DNA of 63,489 bases, counting the filler, from Octopus bimaculoides (lineage: Eukaryota): NCBI RefSeq assembly GCF_001194135.2. It is 8 parts of 6 records of this genome, joined end to end, with 100 filler letters (N's around TTAATTAATTAA, not from the genome) between each part and the next. Parts side by side here need not be neighbours in the genome. Positions count along the whole stretch, not along the records: positions 22,398 to 36,477 come from NC_068981.1; positions 36,578 to 45,141 come from NC_068982.1; 6 more parts are not named here. One strand, 5' to 3'. Of the stretch, positions 23,113 to 37,759 are shown piece after piece. How positions within the stretch are numbered: position 1 is the first letter of the stretch; every line of letters starts with the position of its first letter. The notes under the pieces were generated by a model. It searched no databases, was not told the DNA's origin, and was given only the letters and a program-made list of their open reading frames with translations. Position numbers and translations under genes: made by a program.

Positions 23113-23961
23113 TATATATATATATATATATACATCCTATAATCTCGTTTACGGGAAACATTTTGAGTGCGCATATCTGAACTATTTTACTATGTCGGCT
23201 GCAGCCTAACGGTGCTAAGTTTCAATAGCGGTGTTATGGGGCTGTATCGAGCTGTACCGATATAATTTGTGCGTTCATTTCATAAGGCGCTATGGTATTA
23301 AATTTGGAAGCAACAAATGTATAACTGAAGGATATTTATTAAATTTCATCAATCAAATCATTGATTGGGGCATGTGGACCGTTCTGTGTATATCTGTTAG
23401 GTAAGAATAGAAAGTGACAGGGAGAGAGAGAAAGGAATGATAATGATAAATTCGAGGGAGAGTGTATGGTGCCTTGCAACAACACACACTCTTCCTTCTT
23501 CTTTATCATTACCATTACCAAAACAAGCCTTGATGAGAATTACAAATGCACCATAAGAGATTGATCACAAAAATGCAATGGAATATCAAGTTTTGATTAT
23601 TTTACTTATCACACAAAAGTGAAATTTCGTTACTTTTAACGTCGTTCTGTGCGCTATGCTATTTGTACAATGTAGAAAATATTCCAGGAATACTGCTCAA
23701 CCAATGTAGGTTGCATCGCCCGACCCAGGAATAAAAACAGCAATCTTATGTTCATTAGTCCAACACCCGAATAGTCACGCGCCTTCACCACATTTATAAA
23801 ATTCGCCGAAATCGTTAAACATTATTTTTTGAAAATACCTTCTCCGACTTAATATTTAAAAGCTACAATTTTAATTAACCTTAATATATGATTTTTATCA
23901 AGATATATCTTTTTGTGCCCACCAATAATTTGGTATCCTGTTGCGTAGAATTTTTCACTGA

Positions 23962-24316
23962 TTACCTCCGCCTTAGCGAAGGCGGAGATATTGTTTTCAA
24001 TTGTGTTTGTTTGTTTATTTGGCCGTGGACAAGATATCTGAAAAACCGCTAGATGGATTCAAGTGATGTTTGATCCCGTTGACTGGCACAAATTGATTAG
24101 ATTTTGGGATCGATCCGGTACCGGACAAGAAATCTGGATTACTTTTCCTTAATTTTTGAGAGCCGTCGGGTTCCTTTTTTAGTATTCTAGTTTGTAAGAA
24201 TAGTCGAGTTTATTTCAGATATTCTCATTTTAAAAATCATCTCTGACTAATAGTTGAGCGGACGTTGGTGTTGCCTTGGTGAAGATTTGCGTTGTCTCAG
24301 TGTTCTTCTTATTGTT
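23962..24316 (+). mobile_element. Non-autonomous Helentron/DINE-like element
   Basis: 5' TTACCTCCGCC-ttagcg-AAGGCGGAGAT stem-loop, GTTT microsatellite, and degenerate 3' GCCTTGGTGAAGATTTGCG...CAGTGTTCTTC end. Confidence 0.6.
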
Positions 24317-24971
24317 TATATTTCAAGAAAATTAAGTTCATATGGTCTAACAATAATACTTGATTAAGTTAGGTTTGTTTAAATAATATTGATTGAAAAT
24401 ATAATACATCAACATCTCTTGCCGCATACACCGTATTATCTGCAATACTCTTGCATAAAGCTATATTTATATATTGTGATACGCTGATACAATAGTATAA
24501 TGAATGCCCTTTGATCAACTTGCAAATCAGTTTAATCCCATAAGATTTCATCCTCAAAATTTATCTCTTCTAATTCGCCGTGGTAATAAATGACGACTGA
24601 TTTATTATTGAAAATGTTCGCATATTTTCATGTCGATCACAATCTGGAAGCGAACCACCGTATAACCCTAACAGTTTCTCTTTCTCCGCTATTTGTCTTT
24701 CTTTCTTTCTTTGCATGGTCTCTACCGATTACCTTGCAGATAATCAATATTGTCCCTACAACGTCTTATTTTATCCCTCGTCTATTTCTTAAATCTTCGC
24801 CGAGTCCTACATATATTATCACAACCACCAAGTATTTAGCGGATTTCATTTCAAATATATTTCACTTGTGATACATTGGTTAAGATAGCACTTCAATTCT
24901 CAATTTTCACTTTGTATTATTTTCTAGTCCATGTATGTGACAATAAACACACATGTATTATAGCTTTACTT

Positions 24972-25005
<34 letters not shown>

Positions 25006-25467
25006 CAAGCGCGCACGTGCATATATGTGTGTGTGTACGTGTGTGTGTGTGTGTGTGTGTGTGTGCACGTATGTGAGTGTGCATATATGTGTGTATCTAT
25101 CTATCTATCTATCTATATANNNNNNNNNNNNNNNNNNNNNNNNNNNNNNNNNNNNNNNNNNNNNNNNNNNNNNNNNNNNNNNNNNNNNNNNNNNNNNNNN
25201 NNNNNNNNNNNNNNNNNNNNNNNNNNNNNNNNNNNNNNNNNNNNNNNNNNNNNNNNNNNNNNNNNNNNNNNNNNNNNNNNNNNNNNNNNNNNNNNNNNNN
25301 NNNNNNNNNNNNNNNNNNNNNNNNNNNNNNNNNNNNNNNNNNNNNNNNNNNNNNNNNNNNNNNNNNNNNNNNNNNNNNNNNNNNNNNNNNNNNNNNNNNN
25401 NTATATATATATATATATATATATATACGTGTAATATATACATACATACAAACATATAGATATGTGT

Positions 25468-25510
<43 letters not shown>

Positions 25511-26236
25511 CGTGCGCGCACCGTTTATTAAATTACTATTCGCGATGATGTTTTATTGCCCAGCAGGTGAGTATGGTATTGACACTAGTATTGATTTTCA
25601 TAACAGAGATTCTGGTCTTCTCGAAATTAAAAAAAAAGTTATCTTGTCATATAGCATATTGCCGTTACACAAAAGTTCACCACTTTTACCGACAATGGTG
25701 GTGAAGAAAGTATTATTCACAAAACAGATCTGTGATTATAATTCGTAAAAGAGAGAAAACTTACAAACATATAACTTAAATCACAAGCACAAGCGTTTCC
25801 TATGTTCAAAAGAAAGGAAAGCAGTTCGTTACAATTAATTATATGACATATAATGAAGTAGAGAGGCATTCTTATTTTGTTCCAGACGTAATTTGCTTAG
25901 TCAGGCATATTAAATTGCGGTTGTTTTGTGTGACTAAGTTCTATTACATTTTCGTGACTCCGTTTAATATACTTGAGATTCTCAGTGCAAAGAACTCTGC
26001 TTAAACCATTTTATTCTTTGAGGAATAAGTGCTTTGAAACTCTATGAATTTAGCAAAAGAGCATCAAAGCCATGCGTGGTGAAACAGAAAGGCTGTAAAT
26101 CTCTTTGCTGAGGAATCGCAACTTGACAAGAATACACAGATTCCTTGAGTGTAGGATGCATTTTACGTATTGTATATATTGTATTATGTATATATTACAC
26201 GTACATATATACATATTACATATATGTATTCGCATG

Positions 26237-26286
<50 letters not shown>

Positions 26287-27295
26287 AGTGTNNNNNNNNN
26301 NNNNNNNNNNNNNNNNNNNNNNNNNNNNNNNNNNNNNNNNNNNNNNNNNNNNNNNNNNNNNNNNNNNNNNNNNNNNNNNNNNNNNNNNNNNNNNNNNNNN
26401 NNNNNNNNNNNNNNNNNNNNNNNNNNNNNNNNNNNNNNNNNNNNNNNNNNNNNNNNNNNNNNNNNNNNNNNNNNNNNNNNNNNNNNNATATATATATATA
26501 AATGTACTCATATTATATATATAAGCGTATACATATATATATATATATATATATACATACACACACACACAGACACACATATATATGCATGTGCGGGCGT
26601 GTGTTTATGTGCGTATGTGTGCGAGTGAAGTTATAATACGTGTGCATATTTTGGGGTTTTTTTCTGTGTTGGTATGAACAAGATTGTTATATCTACTTTG
26701 GATAAAGTTCACAACGTTTGTGTCCGTGGATTCGACATCAATGCGCCCTGTGGTTTGTAAGTCAATTGTAGATGATGCCCATTCAGAAATGTCAGGGAGG
26801 TGATAAAAATAGGTTAATCTGCCTAAAAGTGCGTGTCGTATGACGTGACTACGCATAAGTCACCAAGATATAGAAGCAATGAGTGCAGACAACAACATTC
26901 CGTGTGTTAATCTAAAGTTGATAGAATAAAAGTAAGAGCTCCATGAACGTTCACGCACATATTAAATTTCTTACAGAGTGATCATCTAAAAGAGGGAATA
27001 GTGATGAGTAGAAACCATAAAGTAGTTGATTTTGACAGGAGATTGTCATGAAAGACAGTGGCTAGCTTTTACTGACATCATGTACATCAAAGCTGATTGG
27101 AAGCAGATCATTATGATACATTTTTCTAACCACGAATACGCTAAACAAGAAATAACACTGTTTGCATTTGTCTACGTTTATAAGTTGCGTCAAAAGTTCA
27201 TACATGCAATCTGCATTGCAATGCAATATATAAACGCACAATCACAATCGCATAGAGGGGAACAAACACACATATATAATGAAATACAGAAACGC

Positions 27296-27338
<43 letters not shown>

Positions 27339-27962
27339 NNNNNNNNNNNNNNNNNNNNNNNNNNNNNNNNNNNNNNNNNNNNNNNNNNNNNNNNNNNNNN
27401 NNNNNNNNNNNNNNNNNNNNNNNNNNNNNNNNNNNNNNNNNNNNNNNNNNNNNNNNNNNNNNNNNNNNNNNNNNNNNNNNNNNNNNNNNNNNNNNNNNNN
27501 NNNNNNNNNNNNNNNNNNNNNNNNNNNNNNNNNNNNNNNNNNNNNNNNNNNNNNNNNNNNNNNNNNNNNNNNNNNNNNNNNNNNNNNNNNNNNNNNNNNN
27601 NNNNNNNNNNNNNNNNNNNNNNNNNNNNNNNNNNNNNNNNNNNNNNNNNNNNNNNNNNNNNNNNNNNNNNNNNNNNNNNNNNNNNNNNNNNNNNNNNNNN
27701 NNNNNNNNNNNNNNNNNNNNNNNNNNNNNNNNNNNNNNNNNNNNNNNNNNNNNNNNNNNNNNNNNNNNNNNNNNNNNNNNNNNNNNNNNNNNNNNNNNNN
27801 NNNNNNNNNNNNNNNNNNNNNNNNNNNNNNNNNNNNNNNNNNNNNNNNNNNNNNNNNNNNNNNNNNNNNNNNNNNNNNNNNNNNNNNNNNNNNNNNNNNN
27901 NNNNNNNNNNNNNNNNNNNNNNNNNNNNNNNNNNNNNNNNNNNNNNNNNNNNNNNNNNNNNN

Positions 27963-28007
<45 letters not shown>

Positions 28008-28184
28008 GTACGATTTTACATATATTTATGTATCTATATATATATGTATATGTATATATGTATATGTAGAGATAGATAGATAGATATAGATATAGATATA
28101 TATATATATAAACATATATAATATACATAAATAAATATATACATATATATATATATATGTGTGTGTGTGTGTATGTGTGTGCGC

Positions 28185-28215
<31 letters not shown>

Positions 28216-29910
28216 CATGTATGTATTATTCTGATATTCTTGCATGTGTTCGTTTGAATGCCTATCTATTGTCATGTGATTTATGCGATTTATAACTAAT
28301 GTTATCTTTATAATATTCCATAACTAGTTTTCAGCGCCTCATCTATCTTCATTACGTGAGCTAAGTAAATATAGCCTTAGACAGCTAGTTACCTCATAAA
28401 TCAAGCACTTCTCACTCTATATCTAGTAGAAATCTTCAGTAATAGTATTTAGGCTTATTGTACATAATTATATAGGAGTCTTACTAATATACTGGAAGAC
28501 AGAAACGCGTATGTATACAGAAATATATGTATGCATGTGTGAGTGTTTGAGTGTATGTGAGTGAGTGTGTGAATGGGCGGGTGAGAGAGTGCGTGAGTGA
28601 GTGACTGAGGAAGAGAGGGAGGGAGGGAGTGAATAAGTGAGTGAGTGATTCAGTCTGTCAGTCAGTCAGTGTGAGTCCGTGACAGAGTGAGTGATAGAGA
28701 GAGCGAGAGAGGGAAATGTCGCCAGTAATGCAATTTCGTTCGAACTTTTAAGTTAGCTAGTTAAGTATTTTTCGTTTGTCTCACCGTTAGAGAATCAATT
28801 TTCTTTCCCTGTTGCATATGTTGTTTAAAGTTTAATATGGAGGATACTTAATAATGCAATTTGCGTATTGGTTGTGACAGAGCCATTAGTAAATAAGTAA
28901 ATTTATCAGTGCTAACAGTATAGAATAAGGAAGAAATATTTAAGATGCGGTGGCATAATAACACTAGATTTTCCGTCTTACTGTGAAACATGTTCCATCA
29001 CTGAGGTAACAGCTAAAGTTTTTATATATAATAAAAGGCAACGAAGAGTAAATGAAGCACAAAACATTATAAAATATAATAAAAATGGAGAGTTCATGGT
29101 GTAGATACAATGGTTGATTAAGTTTTAGGAAGACGAATTTCTGAAAAGTCATGGAAAACCATTCATAGGAAAGATAAATAGTTAAAGCTGAATTATTTCT
29201 TGCGGATAGCTGGGTGGAAAGGATGTACAGTTGGTTATAGTAAAACGCCTGTTATATTTTTGACATATGGAGATGTGTAGGAAATTTTGAGATAATGTTA
29301 AATTAATACGTTAAATATTGAAAGTAAAACAAAAAAGTTTCCGTATAGAGAGAGAGAGAGAATGAAATTATAATTTTTGATCTAAAGAACTACGATGTGC
29401 TATAGATGGCTGCCAATGAATAGGATGTTTAAGTAATTATCTTATGTGGGAGAAACAAAATAAATTTGTATGCTCTTTACACTATAAATTCATCAATTTC
29501 AGTTAACATACCCTGATAGAAATTATCTCACCTATAATGGTAAATTCAACAGAAGCACACTATGTGTTCAAAATATCTAAGGTATTTAATGTTGCTTCTT
29601 TTCTTAATCAGTATTAATACAAATCTGCTGGCAATCACCAAGGTTCTAACTAATAATCAATTATTTTTCTTTGTCGATTGAGAAATAATTTCCTTTTTTG
29701 CTTTATGACTAGGATCATCTCAAAGGAATATTAATCATAATAAGCATATTGCTTTCAATAGGTAGTGAAGCAACGTTCTTGAGTTAAGCAAGTACGTGGC
29801 AAGAAGGATGGGTGTTACTTGTAAAGATTCTAAAGGTTTCATTTAACAAGAAGGATGCACACACTCACAAACACACACGTGCACGCGCACGCGCACACGC
29901 ACACTCACAC

Positions 29911-29983
<73 letters not shown>

Positions 29984-30461
29984 TAGATAGATATATAGAT
30001 AGATAGATAGATACACATATATAATAGATACCAACATGTTTCAAACAGCAGCCAAAACTTGATTCTAAAACCACATTAAATGTTCGTACAGCACCAGGAG
30101 AGAAGACAATTAGACAAAATAAACTAGCAAAAAAAAAACATTACTGAATAATTCCAGATCCCGGGTTTCTGGCCCTGCATGAGAAATGCTCTGCATTTAA
30201 TGTTGTTTTAGAATCAAGTTTTGGCTGCTATTTCAAGCATGGTGGTAGCTCTTAGATACCCTTAATTATATTTTAATAATAATTATTACCTCTGAGGTTT
30301 TTATTCCCATGCTGGCCACCTGATAAGATCGGTATTTGAAATAACGATCTTATCCTTATTTACATAATTATATATATATATGGAGATAGAGAGACATAGA
30401 TAGATAAATATGTATATACTGGTGAGAATATATGCATAACGTTTCCTAATCTATCTCTCTC

Positions 30462-30498
<37 letters not shown>

Positions 30499-32563
30499 CT
30501 CCCTCTCTCTTGAAGACATATATACACACATATATAAGCACACCTCCCTTCAGTTTCCTCCTTATTCTGCTTCCACCATCTTCCCATAACCCACACAACT
30601 TGCTTGCACCTTATGCAAGCTAGTATCAGCTCTCATCTCTCCAAAATACACACCTTTCACAGATTTCACCCTTTTGCTTAATCCATCTTATTATCTAGTC
30701 CCTCACCCCGGTTTGTTGCCCACTTTTTTTCATTCTCTACCTCAACCGCGCGAAACACTGCAAACTTCAATCACGCGGCCCCTTCCTCTTTTTAAAGTAG
30801 TCCTTCCGTTCCACCTTCGAATTCTCCTCTTCTGTCTCTACTACTACTGTCACTCGACATTTCTATTACCATCTACCACGCTTCTTTTATCAGTTCTATC
30901 CACCATAAACCACAGACTCATACTCTTATTTCAGCTTTTCCGTCTCCTATCCTACTCACCTTTCCAACATACTATCACCTACTACATCAGCGATTCTTTC
31001 GCCTACATCTTCAGGAACGTAATTTAATGCATCCACTATTCTGTCATTCCCTTCACATTGGTCAAATTGGCCGGTGCTTAGCTGATCGGTTGGCCAAAAA
31101 TCTCAGGTACATCAAATGTTTCGACAAAGGAAAGAATTTCACTCAGCTGACTCAACCTTGTTCTCGGTGATTAGAATTTAAATGGAATTTACATTCTCAG
31201 TAATTTACTTCAAAAGAATTATGCATGTATCTGTGTTGCTATATGTATGCATATATATATATATATAGGTGTTTGTGTGTGTGTATTTATATGTTTGTGT
31301 GATAAGTGCGTGTGTGTGTGTGGTGCGTGCGTGCGTGTGTGTGTGTGTGTGCATGTGTGAGTGCATGTATGTATGCATTCATATATGGTAATTAGAGGTT
31401 TCTAACTTCTTCATCCTCATAGGTTTCTACTATACTTGGGTTCTTCTTGGATATGTATAGAATTTTGGCACCGTGTTATTCCGAGTACTTGCAGCTAAAT
31501 GAATACCAATAAGACCGGTGAAACCGTCATGTAGGAAGTTGAATAGAAAACGCTGGGGAAAAATTATCCTTGTATTTGCTGAAACTCAATAGAAAGTTAC
31601 GTTCAGGATATATATTTTTATTTATTGAAATGATTGTATCAATGTTTGTTTCCGTCAATCGCGAAAGTAAATATCAACAGAGTTTAGTCAAATTCAGGCT
31701 GCGAAATTCTTTGTGTGGAAAGTCAGGTTTTGATCGTACGTAAATCAATTCATCAAATATCTTAAGATACATTCAAGTTGAATTTAATTTGGTGCGTGGG
31801 ATTCAGGAGGCTATGTTATAAATGATTAAGGATCCCTTGTCTGTTTCGATTCTAGATATTTCGCTATAGATGAATGCGTGTATGTAACTGGATGGTATTA
31901 CATATACATCCAAATGAATGCCAAAGGATGTTATATTTAACTGTGAGTAAACACTTATGTTGGGGGATATGTATGCATAAACAATATATAAATCAAGAAA
32001 TGTATATATATATACATATTTGTATACGTAGATAGATATATAGGTATGTGTGCGTGTGAGTATGTGCGTATATGTGTGCGTGTGTATGTGTGTATGTTTT
32101 TTTTGTGTGTGTTTATACGCGGGTAAATTTATATAGATATGTGTCTGCATGCTGTGCGTAGTCTTGCAAGCTTAAATGATTTTCCGTTATATAATAAAAT
32201 CAACTCTGGGCTAATGAAACCTGCGTAAGATATTCTCATAAATATTTTATAGGAAACCTCACGTTACCACCTTTTTTCCTACATATGTTTCCTGCAGCAT
32301 TCAAACCGGGACTAGTCAAGTAAGATTAACATTTCAATACACAGAATGTAATTCACACACAAATATNNNNNNNNNNNNNNNNNNNNNNNNNNNNNNNNNN
32401 NNNNNNNNNNNNNNNNNNNNNNNNNNNNNNNNNNNNNNNNNNNNNNNNNNNNNNNNNNNNNNNNNNNNNNNNNNNNNNNNNNNNNNNNNNNNNNNNNNNN
32501 NNNNNNNNNNNNNNNNNNNNNNNNNNNNNNNNNNNNNNNNNNNNNNNNNNNNNNNNNNNNNNN

Positions 32564-32826
32564 TTTGTGCCTTATTATTAAACACACTCACCGGTTCAGC
32601 TTCCACTAATTTACTTCTTTATTTTTTCTTAAATTTTCGATGTGTCTTGCAAACTTTTCAATAGTCGTTGATTTTGTCCGTTCTCAGAGCTGCTCAGAGG
32701 ACGGACAGAGTCAAAGACTACTGAAAAGGTTGCAAGACGCAACGAGAAGTTTAGCACGAGAAAGAAAATACGGAAGTAAATCAGTGGAAACCGAACCGGT
32801 GAGTGTATTAAAGAATAAGGCACAAA
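32564..32826. repeat. Long imperfect palindrome (two ~130-bp arms, 1-nt centre at 32691)
   Basis: The left arm TTTGTGCCTTATT...TTCTCAGAGC is the reverse complement of the right arm GCTCAGAGGACGG...AATAAGGCACAAAA, apart from substitutions and one short indel. Confidence 0.9.
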
Positions 32827-32954
32827 AACAGAATGACTATCCCCAGACACAACAAAATATGCTTCAACACACGAACTCGCATAAAGAATCTTGCAAACCA
32901 AATCCATACATAGGAAAAATTCATTTTTTAAAATAAGAAACAGTTTATAAGAAC

Positions 32955-33244
32955 CCCTTGATCCCCTAATCGGACCCATTTTGATTTCTATCTTTGGGGG
33001 CAACTGAAAGACATGGTGTATCACGAAATCATTTGAAGGAACGCATCACCAACTCATTTGCACAAGTATCACCAGAAGGGCCATTACGAGTTCACAATGT
33101 GTGGTGTAAACGTATTACGATGCGTATTGAAAACAATGGTAACCATATAGACCCTGTTAAATAAAAATAAAAAACTGTTCTTATAAACTGTTTCTTATAA
33201 AATGATAAATTGTTCCTATGTATGGCGACTTTTGAATCACCCTG
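32955..33244 (+). mobile_element. Tc1/mariner (maT-like) 3' end with TIR
   Basis: Encodes DFYLWGQLKDMVY (32983-33021), matching the SPDLxPxDFxLWG region. Later frames give ...KRITMRIENNGNHI. Ends with TIR-like GACTTTTGAATCACCCTG. Confidence 0.7.
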
Positions 33245-33865
33245 GTGCACCGCCGTAAAGGGTTTTTAGTGGAAGAAATCGACCCCATGACTTATTGTTT
33301 GTTAGCCCTTTCCATCGGATGTTTTGCTAAAAGAGAAACTAAAAGAGCTAATAGAGACACTGGAAGTCCCAGTCAAATGCATTTCAATATATATTTGAAG
33401 AAGAATAAAATCATGCAAATTATGCAGCAAGCGTGTATGATAAATGAAATAAGTAAATAAAAGAATTGCTCATGAAGAACAATTTATGGAACTGCTGTAA
33501 CCCACAAAAAGTGGACGAAGGGCTGAGCATTTTATGAGTTTGCAACTAGAAAGCTTGCGACTGTGCGCTCCAAAAGAGGATTCTGTTGTCATTAGCCACG
33601 GATACTGTCACAGCAGGTATAGACAATTATTCAGACAGAGAGGAAATATGGAATTGCAAAATGTAATCGATGTTAGAATATATCATATGAGGAATCATAT
33701 CTTCATCATCTGTAATGGCTTTATAATTTTATCAGCTAAGATTTGCTCAGATATTTGTATTTTGAGATAACAAACTCAAATTCATCAGCTCTATATGACA
33801 AACTACAGAGGCGCTGAAGCCATTATCACCCCCCCCCCCAAAAGAATAAGTAAGTACACTTATGT

Positions 33866-34022
33866 AATACAGTTCTATATTTAAGAGATGAGGAATTATG
33901 TACATTAATTACATTATTTACATTTGACGGTTATTTGTCCTCATCTGGAGGGTATATCAAACGAAATGTGTTAACAACAAACAAGATGAGGACAAATATC
34001 CGTCAAATGTAACAAATGTAAG
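33866..34022. mobile_element. Penelope pLTR-derived inverted-repeat element, same family as 5860-5940
   Basis: TTACATTTGACGGTTATTTGTCCTCATCT and AGATGAGGACAAATATCCGTCAAATGTAA are reverse complements with one mismatch. The spacer GGAGGGTATATC...GTGTTAACAACAAACAAG is shared with the 5860-5940 copy. Confidence 0.6.
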
Positions 34023-35269
34023 GAATGTACTTATGTAATGATTGTTCAAATTTAAAAGAATAGGACCTAATGGGGATTTAAAAATACGTAATTGTATATT
34101 AATTGGAATACATATTCTGCAGTAATGATGCATGATATTTATACATAAAAAGTGAAATAAGCGTCATAAGTATTTTACATTTCACAGTAATAAGCTTTAA
34201 TGACCTCTATCTTTACAGGTCTCTGAATTAATGAAGTAACATATACAGGATGATACAAAGCAACGTGTGACTTTAGTATATAAGCGTATTTGTAAATATA
34301 TTTTTACCACGAAGAATGGTTATCAGCTTACTTATAAAGCTGTTAATGTAAACTTGAATAACAATTTAACAACATATTATTACAAATAGTTATAAAGTAG
34401 TATTTGGATAACATCAAAAAATATATTCACTAACTTCGATTAAAAGAATAAAATATATGTCGTTAGAACTTTAGATGCATATACCACAAAATGAAAATAA
34501 ATATAATGGAAACGCAAATGACGTGTGGTTACAGAATATCGTACAAAAAATTTAACAGGGAAAGGTTCTACAATATCTAATACCTGAGATAAACATGGTT
34601 AAAAAATAAAACGGAATTGTTGATTTAGAAGTACAGCACTCAGTGTTGACGCTGTAAGATTATTAGTAGTATAACAAGATCGTTGACTTCCAGCACGGAA
34701 TCAACAAATACGTGTAACATAGCAGAATACATCAACCGCAGGGTATGTAGGAAAGAAACAAAATAAACAAATTGGTAACTACGCCATCTTTCATCGCCAA
34801 CATGTCGTCCGGTGAGGAAGGGATCCAGAGGAATAGAGTCACTGTTTTTATACACCTGAAATTAAACTAAAATTGGGAAATGCCAACAGGAATAAAGTTG
34901 GATAAGATGTATGAGAAATAATATCAGAAGAATAAACAGTAGTCATGTATTAGCATCTGCTGATATGTCCATAATTCAAGAATGGAGCTCATCAGTCATA
35001 TATTTTTCACATTCTACCAAGATAGAGATTGCGTTCAAATCAAATTATTAATGCAGCGCTAGATAATATATCTTTTCTTTGCTTGTTGCTTTTATTTCTT
35101 TACTAATAAAAGCAAGAAGCAAACTAAAAGGTATACATAAACCGAGGAAATAGAATACAGTATGCAAGCAGAAACCTTTAGCCTTAAAAATGGACGCTCT
35201 CGTAAATCAGAATCATATTGGGCAACGAACTTTAGCAAAAAAACAAGTAGGTTAAAATATCGGTAATAT

Positions 35270-35750
35270 TCTTTACACTCTAGGCACAAGTCCCAAAATT
35301 TGGGGGGAAGGGGCAGTCGATTAGATCGACCTCAGTATGCAACTGGTACTTAATTTATAGAACCCGAAAGGATGAAAGGCAAAGCTGACCTCGGCGAAAT
35401 TTGAACTCAGAACGTAAAGACAGACGAAATTCTGCTAAGCATTTCGTCCAGCGCGCTAACGATTCTGCCAGTTCGCCATCCTTACCATTTGTTTAATTAT
35501 GTTGTGAGAAGTTCTGTTACGAAAGTAACGCTAATATTAATTTCAAATTTAACACATGTCCAGCAATTCTGAAGTAGGGTAGAACCATTACATCGCCCTC
35601 AAAAATCAACTGGTACTTATTTTATCTATCTCGAAAAAATGAAAGGTAAAGTTGACCTCGGCGGAATTTGAACTCAAAAGGTGAAGACAGACAAAATGCC
35701 TCTAAGCATTTTGCCAGGCGTGCAAATTATTCTGCCAGATCGCCATCTTA
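35270..35750 (-). mobile_element. Two adjacent SINE family D copies
   Basis: Two repeats of AAAGxTGACCTCGGCG...ATTTGAACTCA...AAGCATTT...CGCCATC at about 35270-35485 and 35570-35750. Confidence 0.85.
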
Positions 35751-37488
35751 AATGTAACATTTATATAACTGAACATTTTCATTGAAACATTGAATCATTT
35801 TACTGTTACCGATAGACAGTAAAAGTCTTAATATCCCGGATGATAAATATAATTTATGTTAAACGGTGTCATACATCAATAGAAAATAAATATCTTTTCA
35901 ACGGTTTTACAAGAGTTCAGGCACATACAGTATTCCTGAACATGACGCTGACCAAAAATGAAACAGTAACCTAAAAATTTACCAGCTATCGTAGGTTAAA
36001 TAATACCTATGAGGACACACTGAATATATTCACTCCTAGACCAACCGACATAGTTAGATTAAGAAATGATGACACATTCTACAAAGCCATGTAAACCGTG
36101 AAATTTCATCAAGGGTTATAACTTTTGATCAACATGTGATAAACGGTTTCCTATACGGTCAAATATACAAGGCAACGCATCAATTGCAGCAGAATGGTAA
36201 AAAGTGTGTTATTACTACTGATAGAAATCACAATACATTTAAAGTCTATTGGAGTGTCAGGAATACGTAATACTAGACACATGGCAGCTGATAATCCTTC
36301 TAGAAAAATCCTTCAAGAGATACGAACCGAATTATCATTAAATGCAATATAAACAAATAAAAAACTGAAAAAACAACAATAATGTAAATATCTGCAAGAA
36401 CCAAATTGAATATATATATGTGCCCGTGCGTATGTGTGTACACACACACACACACTTATATATATATATATATATATNNNNNNNNNNNNNNNNNNNNNNN
36501 NNNNNNNNNNNNNNNNNNNNNTTAATTAATTAANNNNNNNNNNNNNNNNNNNNNNNNNNNNNNNNNNNNNNNNNNNNCGAAAAAAAAGAAATACCAAACC
36601 GAGTTTAACTTTAGACATCCATTCAACAAGGAGCTACGTTTTTGAATAACTAATTTACTTTATAAAAATAAAATATAAAAAATTACCATATGAATTCTAT
36701 ATTTTTGACTATTTGAAATCTACATAAAAATTGAAAAAAAAAAAACCTAACATAGAAAGAGTGTGTATGCATGTATGTACGTATGTTTGTGTGTGTACGT
36801 ATATGTATATATGTATGTGTGTGTGTGTGTGTGTGCAATATAGATGCTATCCTGCACCCTTACTTACAATTAGTGACGATTGAAGTTTTCCTGTATGGTT
36901 TTATATTGCGCCTAACTGTTTATATTAATTTTTAATACACACATTAACATTTCACTAAATCAGCCATTAATTTATATAGTAAATATATATATATACTGAC
37001 AGATCGCTTTAGCTACATGCAGCATTTAAGGTTTTATCACTTAATTCTTACAATATAGGTCCTACTCAGCACACTCAGCCACAATTAATGACGGTTGTAT
37101 TTTTCTTTGATGGCCTTAAATTGCGCCTAACAATTTATGTTAATATCTATGCTTGCATATAATTCACTTTTCAAAAAAATGTTTCTTCCACCGTTTACTA
37201 TTTTCTTCTCGTTCTGGTCAAATAACCCTCTATCTTTGTTTTCGTTCCCTACTTTAACCCTCCATAAATCCTAAATTTTATTCTAGAATTTATTGGAGCA
37301 ACTGTCTTTGAAGACTCATATTTTCGATGAATACTCGAAATGAGGAGTAGATAGACAACTGACGAAGGGTCCTTTCTCTGTGTTTACTTGTCTAGCTTTC
37401 CATTTTTTTCTCGTTGTTTACGTATTTAACTCGTTTTTTTACATATTTCATGTTATTTGCATCGTTGATGACGTCCTGTACCCATATA

Positions 37489-37554
<66 letters not shown>

Positions 37555-37557
<3 letters not shown>

Positions 37558-37759
37558 TAATCCCACGACTATCGTGGTTGTTATGTTCCAAAAATCTGTG
37601 AAGTAGAAACAGTACTGTACTGTTTATTTTTTAAAAAATTATTTTTACTATTTGTATATATTTATTTTATTATAAATGAAAAGCAATACCACAGAGAAAT
37701 CGACGTAAGCTTAAATAATAAACTCGATAGGTGAACCACGATATGGCGAGGGATTACTA
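37555..37759. mobile_element. pogo/Tigger-like MITE
   Basis: TIRs CAGTAATCCCACGACTATCGTGGTT and AACCACGATATGGCGAGGGATTACT; inserted at a TA repeat. Confidence 0.65.

Noticed and set aside
25555-25572. Perfect plus-strand donor CAG|GTGAGT
   Set aside because: No associated open exon or partner acceptor was identified; such sites are expected by chance in 63 kb.
28785-28817. Alternative first exon MQQGKKIDSLT with donor ACG|GTGAGA and an upstream CCAAT
   Set aside because: It is phase 0 and would put the SLC16 exon out of frame. It could only be a non-coding or uORF exon, and nothing else supports it.
32564-32826. Apparent A/G bias between palindrome arms as a footprint of RNA editing
   Set aside because: Differences are mixed and several fit CpG deamination; genomic DNA would not record editing without retrotransposition.
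37320-37380. CTGACGA motif in a pLTR-like remnant
   Set aside because: No downstream GAAA or pairing helices.
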